The notes under the pieces were generated by a model. The model ran no database searches, had not been told where the DNA came from, and saw nothing but the letters and a program-made list of their open reading frames with translations. A DNA stretch of 64,000 nt from Planktomarina sp. (lineage in GTDB: Bacteria > Pseudomonadota > Alphaproteobacteria > Rhodobacterales > Rhodobacteraceae), in NCBI GenBank assembly GCA_028822275.1, contig JAPKEA010000001.1:3588-67587 (forward strand), read 5' to 3'. Numbering within the stretch: position 1 is the stretch's first letter; every line of letters begins with the position of its first letter. Positions 30,431 to 40,654 of the stretch are shown piece by piece. A program made the position numbers and the translations under genes.

Positions 30431-31531
30431 TTAATTTGTAGTAGAACTTAAAATATGAGTCTCAAAAACACCAGGCAGGCTAACCTCTAGGAGCTCTAGG
30501 TTATCCGAGGGCTCCTTGTATAAGACGGCCATCAGCGGCGGAATCACAAAGGCATCACCAGCACTCAAAACCTGAGCCTCTTGGCCCTGCGCCTCCAAAA
30601 CCAGTTCTCCAGCCAATACAAAAGTGAAATGGATGTCACTATTATGGGAAGTCAAAACAGGACAGCCTTGCCCACGTCGCACAACACTAACCCCAGCAAT
30701 ACCTTGCGTATTAGAATTAATTGTTGTGTCACAAGCTTCAAACCCTGGCAAACGAAACGGCTCCCAAACAGCCTGTTCCGCTTTATGATGAACGAATTTC
30801 TGTCCATCAAATTTTCGGTCAGGGTCAATATCTGCAGTAGGCAGTTCCAAAATATGATCGATTGTTGTTGTATGCTCTGCTGGAACCCCTATCTCGATCA
30901 CTTCAATATTGTCGCTAGCAAAGAGAACGCGATGCCTAATTTCAGGTGGTTGGATGACACAATCACCAGCATAAAGCCGGAACTGTGGGCCTTGATCTTC
31001 GTAGACCAAATCAACCCAGCCTTTGTAACAATAGATTAGTTGAAAACCAACAGAATGAAAATGCACCATGTCAGGCACGGGACCACCATCGGGAATTCGA
31101 ATATGACTGGCAATGATAGAGCCTCCAAGGCGGCTGGGTATAAGATCACGATACTGCATACCAGCCCGACCAATCACCCAAGGCGATTGATCTGCCATGC
31201 GCCGCACTACAAAAGCATGTTTTGTGGGCGGCATAACCACTGGTGGCGCCAATTGCACTATTTGAATACGAGTACCATTTGGAGCCACCAGTTCAGTTTG
31301 TCCACCTGCAATCAAAATAGGGTCATCACAGAGAATGCGCAGAACTCCTGGCGCCACATCAGCCCCTTTTTGGACACGCAACCTGAGACCAAATCCAGAA
31401 AATATGGCAACATTTGGATCATCTGCAGGGAATATCGCATCCATCTTCATTCCTAAAACCTCAGTAAAAAAAGGAATGTCTTCCCGTAACTCTTTGGTTG
31501 GCAACAAGACCTCAGCACGGATATTTTGCAT
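30431..31531 (-). CDS. Cupin-domain protein with N-terminal VOC-like segment
   Basis: HFHSVGFQLIYC...GDCVIQPPEIRH cupin; second cupin HFTFVLAG...GDAFVIPP; N-terminal FFTEVLG. Confidence 0.7.
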   Translation of the reverse strand: MQNIRAEVLLPTKELREDIPFFTEVLGMKMDAIFPADDPNVAIFSGFGLRLRVQKGADVAPGVLRILCDDPILIAGGQTELVAPNGTRIQIVQLAPPVVMPPTKHAFVVRRMADQSPWVIGRAGMQYRDLIPSRLGGSIIASHIRIPDGGPVPDMVHFHSVGFQLIYCYKGWVDLVYEDQGPQFRLYAGDCVIQPPEIRHRVLFASDNIEVIEIGVPAEHTTTIDHILELPTADIDPDRKFDGQKFVHHKAEQAVWEPFRLPGFEACDTTINSNTQGIAGVSVVRRGQGCPVLTSHNSDIHFTFVLAGELVLEAQGQEAQVLSAGDAFVIPPLMAVLYKEPSDNLELLEVSLPGVFETHILSSTTN

Positions 31532-31735
31532 AGTGACGCTCTACATAACTAAAGGTTAAAATTACCCTAAACTCCACGAGTTTCTCAAGGGATGCAACAT
31601 CACACTCTACTTTACCAAAAATCAATCCTCCGCAATTTGCACCATTTTCCAAGTTGGCAGCGGCGGCGCCTTGCACGACAGATGCGCATAAGAGATAACA
31701 GATTGAAAATTTAGCCTAAAAAGGTACGTGATAGG

Positions 31736-33622
31736 ATGTCATACAGAGATATTTATGAAGGTTGGAAAGCGGACCCCGAATCATTCTGGATGAAAGCCAC
31801 AGAGGCCATTGATTGGGTCAAGCCACCCTCACGCGCTCTATGGTCAGATGATGCTCCACTCTACGAATGGTTCAAAGATGCTCAGGTAAACACATGTTAC
31901 AATGCCGTGGATCGGCACGTTGCCGCGGGAAATGGCGACCGTGTTGCCATAATTTACGATAGTCCAATAACCAATCAAAAATCAAAAACAACATTTAGAG
32001 AACTACAGATGCAGGTTGCCGCACTTGCTGGTGGCTTGGCGGCGAAAGGTATTTCTGCCGGAGACCGGGTCATTATTTATATGCCAATGGTCCCCGAGTC
32101 ATTGGTCGCAATGCTAGCTTGTACCCGAATAGGTGCAGTGCACTCCGTTGTCTTTGGTGGCTTTGCTGCAAATGAGTTAGCGGTGCGAATTAATGATGCA
32201 ACACCAAAAGCGATTATAGCAGGGTCCTGTGGCGTTGAGCCAGGCCGGGTTGTGGAATACAAACCTCTTCTAGATGGCGCGATTGAGATGGCTGAGCATA
32301 AACCAGAGTTCACAGTCATTTTTCAACGAACAGAATGTAAAGCAGAACTTGGCCCAATCGATGTAGAATGGCACGATCTTCAAGCTGGTACTATTCCCGC
32401 AAAATGTGTTGCCGTCTCAGGCGATCACCCAGCTTACATTCTCTATACATCTGGGACGACAGGAGCTCCCAAAGGCGTGGTTCGTCCAACAGCTGGTCAT
32501 TTGGTCGCCTTGAATTGGACAATGAAAAATATCTATAATGTTGACCCAGGAGAAGTATTTTGGGCTGCCTCTGATGTTGGTTGGGTCGTCGGACACTCCT
32601 ACATTTGCTATGCACCCCTAATTCACGGCAACACAACGGTTGTTTTCGAAGGTAAGCCCGTTGGAACTCCCGACGCCAGCACTTTCTGGCGCGTTATAGA
32701 AGAGCATGACGTGCGCAGCTTCTTCACCGCTCCAACTGCCTTACGCGCCATAAAGCGAGAAGACCCAACTGGCAACTTGATCAAGAATTTTGATATGTCA
32801 CGCCTAAGGGCACTGTATTTAGCAGGCGAGCGCGCAGATCCAGATACTATCATATGGGCCCAAAGGGTTATGGGTGTGCCAGTTTATGACCATTGGTGGC
32901 AAACTGAAACCGGCTACACTATCGCAGGCAACCCAGCTGGCATCGAGAAAATGCCAGTTAAGATTGGATCTCCATCCGTAGCCATGCCTGGCTATGATGT
33001 TCAAATCCTCAACGAAGGAGGGGATCAAATTAAAGCTGGGGAGCTAGGCGCAATCGCCATAAAACTGCCCCTACCACCCGGCACTTTACCAACTCTTTGG
33101 AAAGCGCCAGAACGTTTTGTGAGTTCTTATTTGACCACTTTTCCAGGTTATTATGAAACTGGCGACGCAGGCATGATTGATGAAGACGGCTATCTCTACG
33201 TCATGGCGCGCACTGATGATGTAATCAATGTCGCCGGGCACCGACTGTCAACTGGTGCAATGGAAGAAGTGTTAGCAGCTCATCCCGAAGTTGCAGAATG
33301 TGCTGTTATTGGAGTGGGTGACAATCTTAAAGGTCAACTCCCAATGGGATTTTTATGCCTGAATAAAGGCTGTACACTTTCAGAGGCTGAAGTAGTTTTG
33401 GATGTTGTGAGGTTGGTCCGTGAGAAGATAGGGCCGGTAGCTGCTTTTAAATTAGCTTGCGTTGTTAATCGCCTACCAAAAACACGATCTGGTAAAATTT
33501 TGCGCAGTACGATGGTTAGTATTGCTGATAGCAGACCATTCAAAGCCCCCGCAACAATTGACGATCCAGAAATTCTTGATGAGATCAAAATTGCTCTGCA
33601 AAATTTGGGTTATGCAAAATAA
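31736..33622 (+). CDS. prpE: Propionyl-CoA synthetase
   Basis: YTSGTTGAPKG, SDVGWVVGHSY, DHWWQTETG, PKTRSGKILR. Confidence 0.88.
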   Translation: MSYRDIYEGWKADPESFWMKATEAIDWVKPPSRALWSDDAPLYEWFKDAQVNTCYNAVDRHVAAGNGDRVAIIYDSPITNQKSKTTFRELQMQVAALAGGLAAKGISAGDRVIIYMPMVPESLVAMLACTRIGAVHSVVFGGFAANELAVRINDATPKAIIAGSCGVEPGRVVEYKPLLDGAIEMAEHKPEFTVIFQRTECKAELGPIDVEWHDLQAGTIPAKCVAVSGDHPAYILYTSGTTGAPKGVVRPTAGHLVALNWTMKNIYNVDPGEVFWAASDVGWVVGHSYICYAPLIHGNTTVVFEGKPVGTPDASTFWRVIEEHDVRSFFTAPTALRAIKREDPTGNLIKNFDMSRLRALYLAGERADPDTIIWAQRVMGVPVYDHWWQTETGYTIAGNPAGIEKMPVKIGSPSVAMPGYDVQILNEGGDQIKAGELGAIAIKLPLPPGTLPTLWKAPERFVSSYLTTFPGYYETGDAGMIDEDGYLYVMARTDDVINVAGHRLSTGAMEEVLAAHPEVAECAVIGVGDNLKGQLPMGFLCLNKGCTLSEAEVVLDVVRLVREKIGPVAAFKLACVVNRLPKTRSGKILRSTMVSIADSRPFKAPATIDDPEILDEIKIALQNLGYAK

Positions 33623-33709
33623 AATCAGAAAGTAGAATCCACACTTAAGTGACCCATGGTCCTTACGTTTGTGGAGATCATTAGAAAAAAGTTTAAACAG
33701 CAGTTTAGA

Positions 33710-34483
33710 TTATGCAAATTGCTCCTGGATCAATCTTTCTTCCAATCCATGTCCGGGATCAAAGAGCAACCTATGTGAAATGTCACCCGCACTTTCTATT
33801 TCAACACTATTTACATCTCGAACGGAGCGACTATCAGCGTCCGCCATGACTGGCCTTTTTTCGGGGTCGATTACTTCAAACCTAACTTTTCCAACTTTTG
33901 GCAACACGGCCCCTTGCCACCTACGTGGGCGGAAAGCCGCGATGGCAGTAAGCGCCAGAACCTCTGATCCAATTGGTAAAATTGGACCATGCGCAGAATA
34001 ATTATAAGCGGTAGATCCCGCAGGTGTTGCTACTAATGCACCATCACAGTCTAGTTCATTTAAACGTAATTTTTCATCAACATAAATACGCAATTTTGCA
34101 GCCTGAGGGCCTTGCCGCAATAAAGAAACCTCATTGATCGCCAACTCGGTGTGCCGACTCCCGTCTGTACAGACCGCTATCATACGTAACGGGTTTATAA
34201 CTGCCTCTTCTGCTGCCTGTAATCGCTCCAACAAACCATCTAAAGAAAATTCATTCATTAGGAAGCCGACTGTACCCCGGTTCATGCCATAAACAGGTAT
34301 GTTGAGATGCTCAGTCGCATGAAGCGTTTGCAACATGAACCCATCTCCACCAAGCGCCACTATGATCTCCGCATCGTCCAACTCAAAATTCCCAAATTTT
34401 TTAACAAACGAGGCCAACGCTGATTGCGCCAATTCAGCTGAGCTGGCTAAGAAGGCTATTTTCACGCGATTATTTTTAGGCAT
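33710..34483 (-). CDS. nadK: NAD kinase
   Basis: GGDG, GTVGFL, NEVS, TPAGSTAYNYSAHGP. Confidence 0.93.
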   Translation of the reverse strand: MPKNNRVKIAFLASSAELAQSALASFVKKFGNFELDDAEIIVALGGDGFMLQTLHATEHLNIPVYGMNRGTVGFLMNEFSLDGLLERLQAAEEAVINPLRMIAVCTDGSRHTELAINEVSLLRQGPQAAKLRIYVDEKLRLNELDCDGALVATPAGSTAYNYSAHGPILPIGSEVLALTAIAAFRPRRWQGAVLPKVGKVRFEVIDPEKRPVMADADSRSVRDVNSVEIESAGDISHRLLFDPGHGLEERLIQEQFA

Positions 34484-34550
34484 TTGGGAAACTCCGTTTC
34501 CGCACCCTAAGCTGGGCGGGGTTTAAAACGCAAGCAATGCAAAGAATCAC

Positions 34551-34564
34551 TTGATTTAGGTCAA
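34551..34564. promoter_or_regulatory. FNR/FnrL-like box TTGAT-TTAG-GTCAA
   Basis: Matches TTGAY-N4-RTCAA, in the divergent nadK/glyA intergenic region. Confidence 0.4.
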
Positions 34565-34640
34565 TAAGTCGCGGCATCAGTCTTTGACATTTCCTTTAGG
34601 AAACTCAAATAGGGATACATGTCACTCCAGGAGAAAAGCC

Positions 34641-35921
34641 ATGTCAAATAATACCGTAGGATTTTTCAATGCAGATTTGTCACAAACAGATCCGGCCTTG
34701 GCTAAAGCCATTGACCAAGAACTTGGTCGCCAACGCGATGAAATAGAATTGATTGCATCTGAGAACATTGTTTCAAAAGCGGTTTTACAGGCGCAAGGCT
34801 CAGTAATGACAAACAAGTATGCAGAAGGCTATTCAGGTCGTCGCTACTATGGCGGCTGCCAATACGTTGATATCGCAGAAGACCTTGCCATTGAACGTGC
34901 TTGTAAGCTTTTTGACTGTAATTTTGCAAATGTGCAGCCCAACTCGGGAAGCCAAGCGAACCAAGGCGTATTTCAAGCTCTGCTTCAGCCCGGTGATACG
35001 ATCCTTGGGATGTCACTTGATGCAGGAGGCCACCTTTCGCATGGTGCAGCCCCTAACCAATCTGGAAAATGGTTCAACCCAATCCAGTACGGAGTGCGTA
35101 AAGAAGACAATTTGCTCGACTACGATCAAGTACAAACACTAGCGACACAGCACAAACCAAAGCTCATCATTGCTGGCGGTTCAGCAGTGCCACGCCAGAT
35201 CGATTTCAAACGTATGCGTAAAATTGCTGACAGCGTCGGTGCATATCTGCACGTAGATATGGCCCACCTTGCTGGCCTTGTTGCCGCCGGTGAACACCCA
35301 AGCCCATTTCCCCATGCGCATGTTGCTACCACAACTACCCACAAAACGTTGCGTGGCCCACGTGGTGGTATGATTTTGACCAACGATGAAGTTTTGGCCA
35401 AGAAGTTCAACTCAGCTATCTTCCCAGGCATTCAAGGCGGCCCCTTGATGCATGTGATTGCAGCAAAAGCTGTTGCATTTGGTGAGGCTTTGAAACCGGA
35501 ATTCAAAACTTACATTCAAAATGTAATCAAAAATGCTCAAGCCCTGTCAGATCAGCTGATCAAAGGCGGCTTAGATACTGTTACGCATGGTACCGATACG
35601 CATGTGCTACTGGTTGATTTGCGTCCTAAAGGCGTCAAAGGCAACTCTACCGAGAAAGCGCTTGGTCGAGCACATATCACCTGCAACAAGAATGGTGTCC
35701 CGTTTGATCCAGAAAAGCCAATGGTAACAAGCGGCATTCGGTTAGGCAGCCCTGCTGGGACAACCCGCGGATTTAACGAAGATGATTTTCGCCAAATTGC
35801 CGATTGGATTATAGAAGTTGTGGATGGCTTGGCTGCGAATGGCGAAGAAGAAAACACAGCGGTTGAGGCTAAAGTAAAAGCCGAAGTCGCCGAACTATGC
35901 GCACGCTATCCGCTCTACTGA
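34641..35921 (+). CDS. glyA: Serine hydroxymethyltransferase
   Basis: [33 protein letters not shown]; start after AGGAG. Confidence 0.98.
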   Translation: MSNNTVGFFNADLSQTDPALAKAIDQELGRQRDEIELIASENIVSKAVLQAQGSVMTNKYAEGYSGRRYYGGCQYVDIAEDLAIERACKLFDCNFANVQPNSGSQANQGVFQALLQPGDTILGMSLDAGGHLSHGAAPNQSGKWFNPIQYGVRKEDNLLDYDQVQTLATQHKPKLIIAGGSAVPRQIDFKRMRKIADSVGAYLHVDMAHLAGLVAAGEHPSPFPHAHVATTTTHKTLRGPRGGMILTNDEVLAKKFNSAIFPGIQGGPLMHVIAAKAVAFGEALKPEFKTYIQNVIKNAQALSDQLIKGGLDTVTHGTDTHVLLVDLRPKGVKGNSTEKALGRAHITCNKNGVPFDPEKPMVTSGIRLGSPAGTTRGFNEDDFRQIADWIIEVVDGLAANGEEENTAVEAKVKAEVAELCARYPLY

Positions 35922-35930
35922 GATCAAGAC

Positions 35931-35967
35931 GGTGGGTGGGACACTTTTAGGGCGGCCCCACCCGACC
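35931..35967. terminator. GC-rich hairpin between convergent glyA and VOC gene
   Basis: GGT-GGGTGGG ... CCCACCC-G-ACC inverted repeat; no clear U-tract. Confidence 0.4.
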
Positions 35968-35976
35968 TAAGTACGA

Positions 35977-36561
35977 TCAGTCTACGTTCTCTATGTCTGA
36001 CAAACTGGGCACATTGCGATGCACGAGATCCGCAATAGCCTCAGCCACATGAACATCTGAAATAGCTGCGTCCCCCGCAGCAACCCTGATGCGGTGTGCG
36101 TCAAACAAAACCCGTGCGAATGACACGCCCCGAGGTGGCGTGAACTTATACGATGCAAGCTCAATCAAAAGGCCCAGTGGCTCTCGAAAATAAATCGAGG
36201 TCATAAACCCTCGGTCTTTCAGCCCAGAATGCGCAATACCCAGCGCTTTAAGCTTCTCAGGTAGGTGGATCGATACGGCTTGGCTGACTTCAAATGCCAA
36301 ATGATGCACAGCACCTGGGACCATTGGCGCATTTCCTGAAATGGGCGCCCTCGTCTCATCACAAAAAACTGTAATCAGTCGATCGTCACCAGGATCAAAA
36401 TACAAATGGTTTTCATCTGGATTGTCCAAATTGGGTTGCTCAAACACAAATGGCATCCCCAAGACACCTTCCCAGAAATCTAGTGTAATCTGACGTCCAG
36501 CTCCAGTTAGGGTGATGTGATGCACACCTTGCGTCGGAATTGCGCGCTTAGCTTTGGTCAT
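35977..36561 (-). CDS. VOC (glyoxalase-like) family protein
   Basis: GVHHITL, HLYF, VHHLAF, SIYFREPLGLLIE. Confidence 0.88.
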   Translation of the reverse strand: MTKAKRAIPTQGVHHITLTGAGRQITLDFWEGVLGMPFVFEQPNLDNPDENHLYFDPGDDRLITVFCDETRAPISGNAPMVPGAVHHLAFEVSQAVSIHLPEKLKALGIAHSGLKDRGFMTSIYFREPLGLLIELASYKFTPPRGVSFARVLFDAHRIRVAAGDAAISDVHVAEAIADLVHRNVPSLSDIENVD

Positions 36562-36637
36562 TTAAATCTCCAACAATGCTACTGCGGTCAACATACAGGG
36601 GCTGGCGTGGTATGCAAAGCCGTCATAGGTTAAAGAT

Positions 36638-37402
36638 ATGTTAAATATGATCTCACACGGCGCCCCTCGCTCTGAAAATCAGCCACCCCTCGTAATTGCC
36701 CATGGGCTTTTTGGCTCAGCACGAAATTGGGGCGTAATTGCAAATAGGCTATCTGACACCCGTCAGGTCATCGCAGTCGATATGCGCAATCATGGCAATA
36801 GCCCGTGGATGGAGGATCAAACCTACCCAGCCATGGCAGAGGACTTGCAAGAGGTGATCACCGAGATCGGAGGCCCCGTTGATCTTCTTGGACACTCTAT
36901 GGGCGGGAAAGCCGCCATGGTTGCCGCATTGGGGGGAGCTAATCTACGGCGTTTGATTGTCGCTGACATCGCGCCTGTTTCTTACGGACATACGCAGCAA
37001 CACCACATCGATGCGCTGCAAGCCCTACCCTTAGATAAAATCATAACTCGCACCGATGCAGACAAGTTCCTTGCCAGAACAGTCGAAGATCCCACGATCC
37101 GCAGCTTCCTTCTCCAAAGCCTAAATTTAGTCGATAAATCTTGGCGGCTCAATTTGGCTGCCCTCACCAAAGATATGATTAAAATATTGAGCTTTCCCAC
37201 CGTCACAGGCGCATTCGAAGGCAGCTCACTATTTCTTACGGGAGCCGCCTCAGACTATGTCCGCACCGAGCATAGACCCATGATAAAAATCCACTTCCCC
37301 AAGGCGCGCTTTGCCAAAATACCAAAAGCAGGCCATTGGCTGCACGCCGAACGCCCACGGGCGTTTGAGGCGGCAGTCCGAGTATTCTTAGATGCGTTTT
37401 AG
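36638..37402 (+). CDS. Alpha/beta hydrolase (YbfF-like esterase)
   Basis: HGLFGSARNW, DMRNHG, GHSMGGK, GHWLHAE. Confidence 0.92.
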   Translation: MLNMISHGAPRSENQPPLVIAHGLFGSARNWGVIANRLSDTRQVIAVDMRNHGNSPWMEDQTYPAMAEDLQEVITEIGGPVDLLGHSMGGKAAMVAALGGANLRRLIVADIAPVSYGHTQQHHIDALQALPLDKIITRTDADKFLARTVEDPTIRSFLLQSLNLVDKSWRLNLAALTKDMIKILSFPTVTGAFEGSSLFLTGAASDYVRTEHRPMIKIHFPKARFAKIPKAGHWLHAERPRAFEAAVRVFLDAF

Positions 37403-37534
37403 ACAGTAAATAAATGGGCCAGAACACTCAACAAATTTAATTACGGCAATAAATTAAGCGTATAAACGGCGTTTCACAATAATTTCCTTTGGTGAAAGCC
37501 AAAGGTAGTGCGCACTAGTCAGAATATTGTATCG

Positions 37535-38042
37535 TTATTTCTTCTTCACAAACTCAGTTAGGATCACGATCCTCTGACCTTCAACCCGGCCCTCAATATG
37601 ATCATCGTTATCTTGCACCAACGAAATACCACGCACAGTGGTACCCCTCTTTGCATTCAAGCGCGCGCCTTTGACCCATAGATCTTTGATCAACACAACA
37701 TTGTCACCCTGCGCCAAAGACACGCCTTTGCTATCGCGGTGATTGGTGATTGCGTCAACATTGTCAGCCCAAGCCTGGGTCTCAACGTCAAGATAAAGCT
37801 GACCTAACAAATTCCGTGCCCAGTCTTCAGATGCAAGACGGTTCAACGTACGCGACGCTAGGACCTGAACTCCTGCCTCCTCAGACCACATGATCGAGGC
37901 CAATCCGCCAGTGACTGGCCACCAGAGAACCACTCATCGGCTCCACACATAAGCCACACACAGCAACACTCGCCCCAAATGGTTTACCTTATACGGGAAA
38001 GTCTTGAAGGGGCGTGTCCGAAGTGCAAAGGGCGCATGTCAT
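37535..38042 (-). pseudogene. Disrupted PhnA-domain (zinc-ribbon) protein gene
   Basis: ATG 38042 reads MTCALCTSDTPLQDFPV*(TAA 37991-37989)GKP...VCGLC...SHWR, then a frameshift near 37905 into LASIMWSEE...DSKGVSLAQGDNVVLIKDL...KRGT..RGI...ILTEFVKK. Confidence 0.8.
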
Positions 38043-38158
38043 GGCTGTTTTTCTATTTGAAACAGCAAAATGCGCAATTTTCTAATCCTGATAATCATGC
38101 TCAGAAATCAGATCGTATAAAAATTGATTGCTACAGAAAGTAACAGCAATCAAATAAA

Positions 38159-39955
38159 CTATCCATCCATCTTCAACGCTGAAATAAACGCTTCCTGAGG
38201 GATATCAACTTTACCAAACTGGCGCATTTTCTTTTTGCCCGCCTTCTGTTTTTCAAGTAATTTTTTCTTTCGCGTAGCGTCGCCGCCATAACACTTAGCT
38301 GTAACGTCTTTGCGCATGGCACTGAGAGTTTCACGGGCAATTACCTTGCCACCAATTGCTGCCTGAATCGGAATTTTAAACATATGGCGGGGGATCAGAT
38401 CTTTGAGTTTTTCAACCATCGCCCGGCCCCGCATATCAGCGCGGTCGCGGTGCACCATCGTACTCAGCGCATCAACCGGTTCATCGTTCACTAAAATACT
38501 CATCTTCACCAAGTTATCCGGGCTGTAACCAATCATTTGATAATCAAATGAGGCATATCCTTTGGTCACAGATTTCAGGCGATCATAAAAATCAAACACG
38601 ACCTCGTTCAAAGGCAGATCATAAACAACCATCGCACGCGCACCAGCATAAGTTAGGTCTAGCTGTACCCCACGGCGGTCTTGGCAGAGCTTCAGTACGT
38701 CACCTAGATACTCATCCGGCACCAAGATCGTAGCTTTGATGCGCGGTTCTTCAAGGTGGTCAACCAAAGTGAGGTCCGGCATGTCTGCAGGGTTATGGAG
38801 CTGCTTGACTACCCCATCACGCATATGGATGTCATATATCACCGATGGAGCCGTAGTAATTAAGTCGATATCATATTCGCGTTCAATCCTGTCACGGATC
38901 ACCTCAAGGTGCAGAAGCCCTAGGAAGCCGCAGCGAAACCCAAAGCCAAGAGCCGCTGATGTTTCCATCTCAAAGCTGAAGCTGGCATCGTTCAGAGCTA
39001 ATTTATCAATGCTATCACGTAGATCTTCAAATAATGCTGCATCCACAGGAAACAAACCACAGAAAACTACAGGTTGCGCTGGCTTAAAACCAGGCAGTGC
39101 TTGAACTTCTTTTTTATCATGCGTGATCGTATCGCCAACGCGCGTATCACGAACCTGTTTGATTGAAGCGGTTAGAAAACCGATTTCTCCTGGACCCAAT
39201 TCATCAATCATTTCCATCTGCGGACGAAACACGCCGATGCGGTCCACATGATGGGTCGAATTGTTCGACATAAACTTGACCCTATCGCCTTTTTTCAATT
39301 TGCCATCAATTATTCGTACAAGGACAATCACACCCAAATAAGAATCGTACCAGCTGTCCACCAACATTGCTTTGAGCGTCGCATCAACATTCCCGATCGG
39401 TGCAGGAAGTTTGGTGACAATTGCTTCAAGTGTTTCACTTATGCCTTCACCGGTTTTTGCAGAAACGCGAATAGCCTCTGAGGCATCAATTCCGATCACA
39501 TCTTCTATCTGTTCGGCCACACGGTCACAGTCAGCGGCTGGCAAATCAATTTTATTAAGCACAGGCACAATTTCATGGTCGGCGTCCAAGGCGTGATAGA
39601 CATTGGCCAGAGTTTGAGCTTCAACACCCTGCGAGCTATCGACAACCAGCAACGATCCTTCAACAGCCCGCATAGACCGCGAAACCTCATAAGCAAAGTC
39701 GACATGGCCAGGGGTATCGATAAGATTTAAAACATAAGATTGACCATCTCGCGCAAGATAATCAATCCGCACCGTATTAGCTTTGATCGTGATCCCGCGT
39801 TCACGTTCAATATCCATACTGTCAAGCATCTGCTCTTGCATATCCCTCTCCTTAACAGTTCCAGTTTCCTGAATAAGCCTGTCAGCAAGAGTGGATTTTC
39901 CGTGGTCGATATGCGCCACAATCGAGAAATTACGTATGTTAGATAGAGGTGTCAT
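38159..39955 (-). CDS. lepA: Elongation factor 4
   Basis: [44 protein letters not shown]. Confidence 0.99.
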   Translation of the reverse strand: MTPLSNIRNFSIVAHIDHGKSTLADRLIQETGTVKERDMQEQMLDSMDIERERGITIKANTVRIDYLARDGQSYVLNLIDTPGHVDFAYEVSRSMRAVEGSLLVVDSSQGVEAQTLANVYHALDADHEIVPVLNKIDLPAADCDRVAEQIEDVIGIDASEAIRVSAKTGEGISETLEAIVTKLPAPIGNVDATLKAMLVDSWYDSYLGVIVLVRIIDGKLKKGDRVKFMSNNSTHHVDRIGVFRPQMEMIDELGPGEIGFLTASIKQVRDTRVGDTITHDKKEVQALPGFKPAQPVVFCGLFPVDAALFEDLRDSIDKLALNDASFSFEMETSAALGFGFRCGFLGLLHLEVIRDRIEREYDIDLITTAPSVIYDIHMRDGVVKQLHNPADMPDLTLVDHLEEPRIKATILVPDEYLGDVLKLCQDRRGVQLDLTYAGARAMVVYDLPLNEVVFDFYDRLKSVTKGYASFDYQMIGYSPDNLVKMSILVNDEPVDALSTMVHRDRADMRGRAMVEKLKDLIPRHMFKIPIQAAIGGKVIARETLSAMRKDVTAKCYGGDATRKKKLLEKQKAGKKKMRQFGKVDIPQEAFISALKMDG

Positions 39956-40105
39956 AATCAGGATATGGAATAGAGATATGAATTGGTCAATGGGCCAAAG
40001 ACCAGCGGCGCTATTTGCCGCTATATTATGTGGTTACAAACCCCAATTTGATAGCCATAAAAACAGTTTATTCCACAATAGCAAAGTCTAGCACCCACAA
40101 ACAAC

Positions 40106-40130
40106 AAAAGCCCCGCTACCGCAGGACTTT
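40106..40130 (-). terminator. Intrinsic terminator after rpmB
   Basis: Minus strand AAAGTCCTGC-GGTA-GCGGGGCTTTT followed by GTTGTTT. Confidence 0.65.
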
Positions 40131-40153
40131 GGAGTTCAAGCTAAAAGTTTACC

Positions 40154-40444
40154 TTAAGCTTCTACAGCCTGGGATTTCACGATGTCTTTTTTGATCTTCA
40201 AAGCAGTAGCTGAAAGCTCAACATCTTTGGCCTTAGCAAGAAACGCGTCCAAACCACCCCGATGATCTACAGTGCGTAGAGCAGACGCAGAGATACGAAG
40301 TTTGAACCCACGTCCCAAAGCATCAGAATGTAAAGTAAGTTCGTTCAAATTTGGCAAAAACCGACGACGTGTACGATTTTTAGCGTGGCTTACATTGTTT
40401 CCACTCATTGGGCCTTTGCCCGTCAGTTCGCAGCGTCGTGCCAT
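40154..40444 (-). CDS. rpmB: 50S ribosomal protein L28
   Basis: [33 protein letters not shown]. Confidence 0.98.
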   Translation of the reverse strand: MARRCELTGKGPMSGNNVSHAKNRTRRRFLPNLNELTLHSDALGRGFKLRISASALRTVDHRGGLDAFLAKAKDVELSATALKIKKDIVKSQAVEA

Positions 40445-40512
40445 TTTTAGCGTCCTTATTCAGAATATTAGTAACCCGAGTCACAAGCTCCTGGTTAAAA
40501 TGTTGTTGGCGG

Positions 40513-40541
40513 GGTGTAGGATTATACCATTGCAAGGTCAA
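40513..40541 (-). promoter_or_regulatory. Putative sigma70 promoter of rpmB
   Basis: TTGACC-17 nt-TACACC followed by GC-rich CCGCC. Confidence 0.55.
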
Positions 40542-40654
40542 GCCTAGATAACCCCGTCACAAGCTCTTTGCTCATCCTTTTTGCTCTTTTCCAACGCTGA
40601 TCACAAAATTTCTAAAAAAAGACGGTGCAGAAACTCTAATTATGAAAAGAGTTT

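Noticed and set aside
34484-34640. ZMP/ZTP riboswitch upstream of glyA
   Set aside because: The conserved GACTGGCG and CGCCTGGGC elements are not present.
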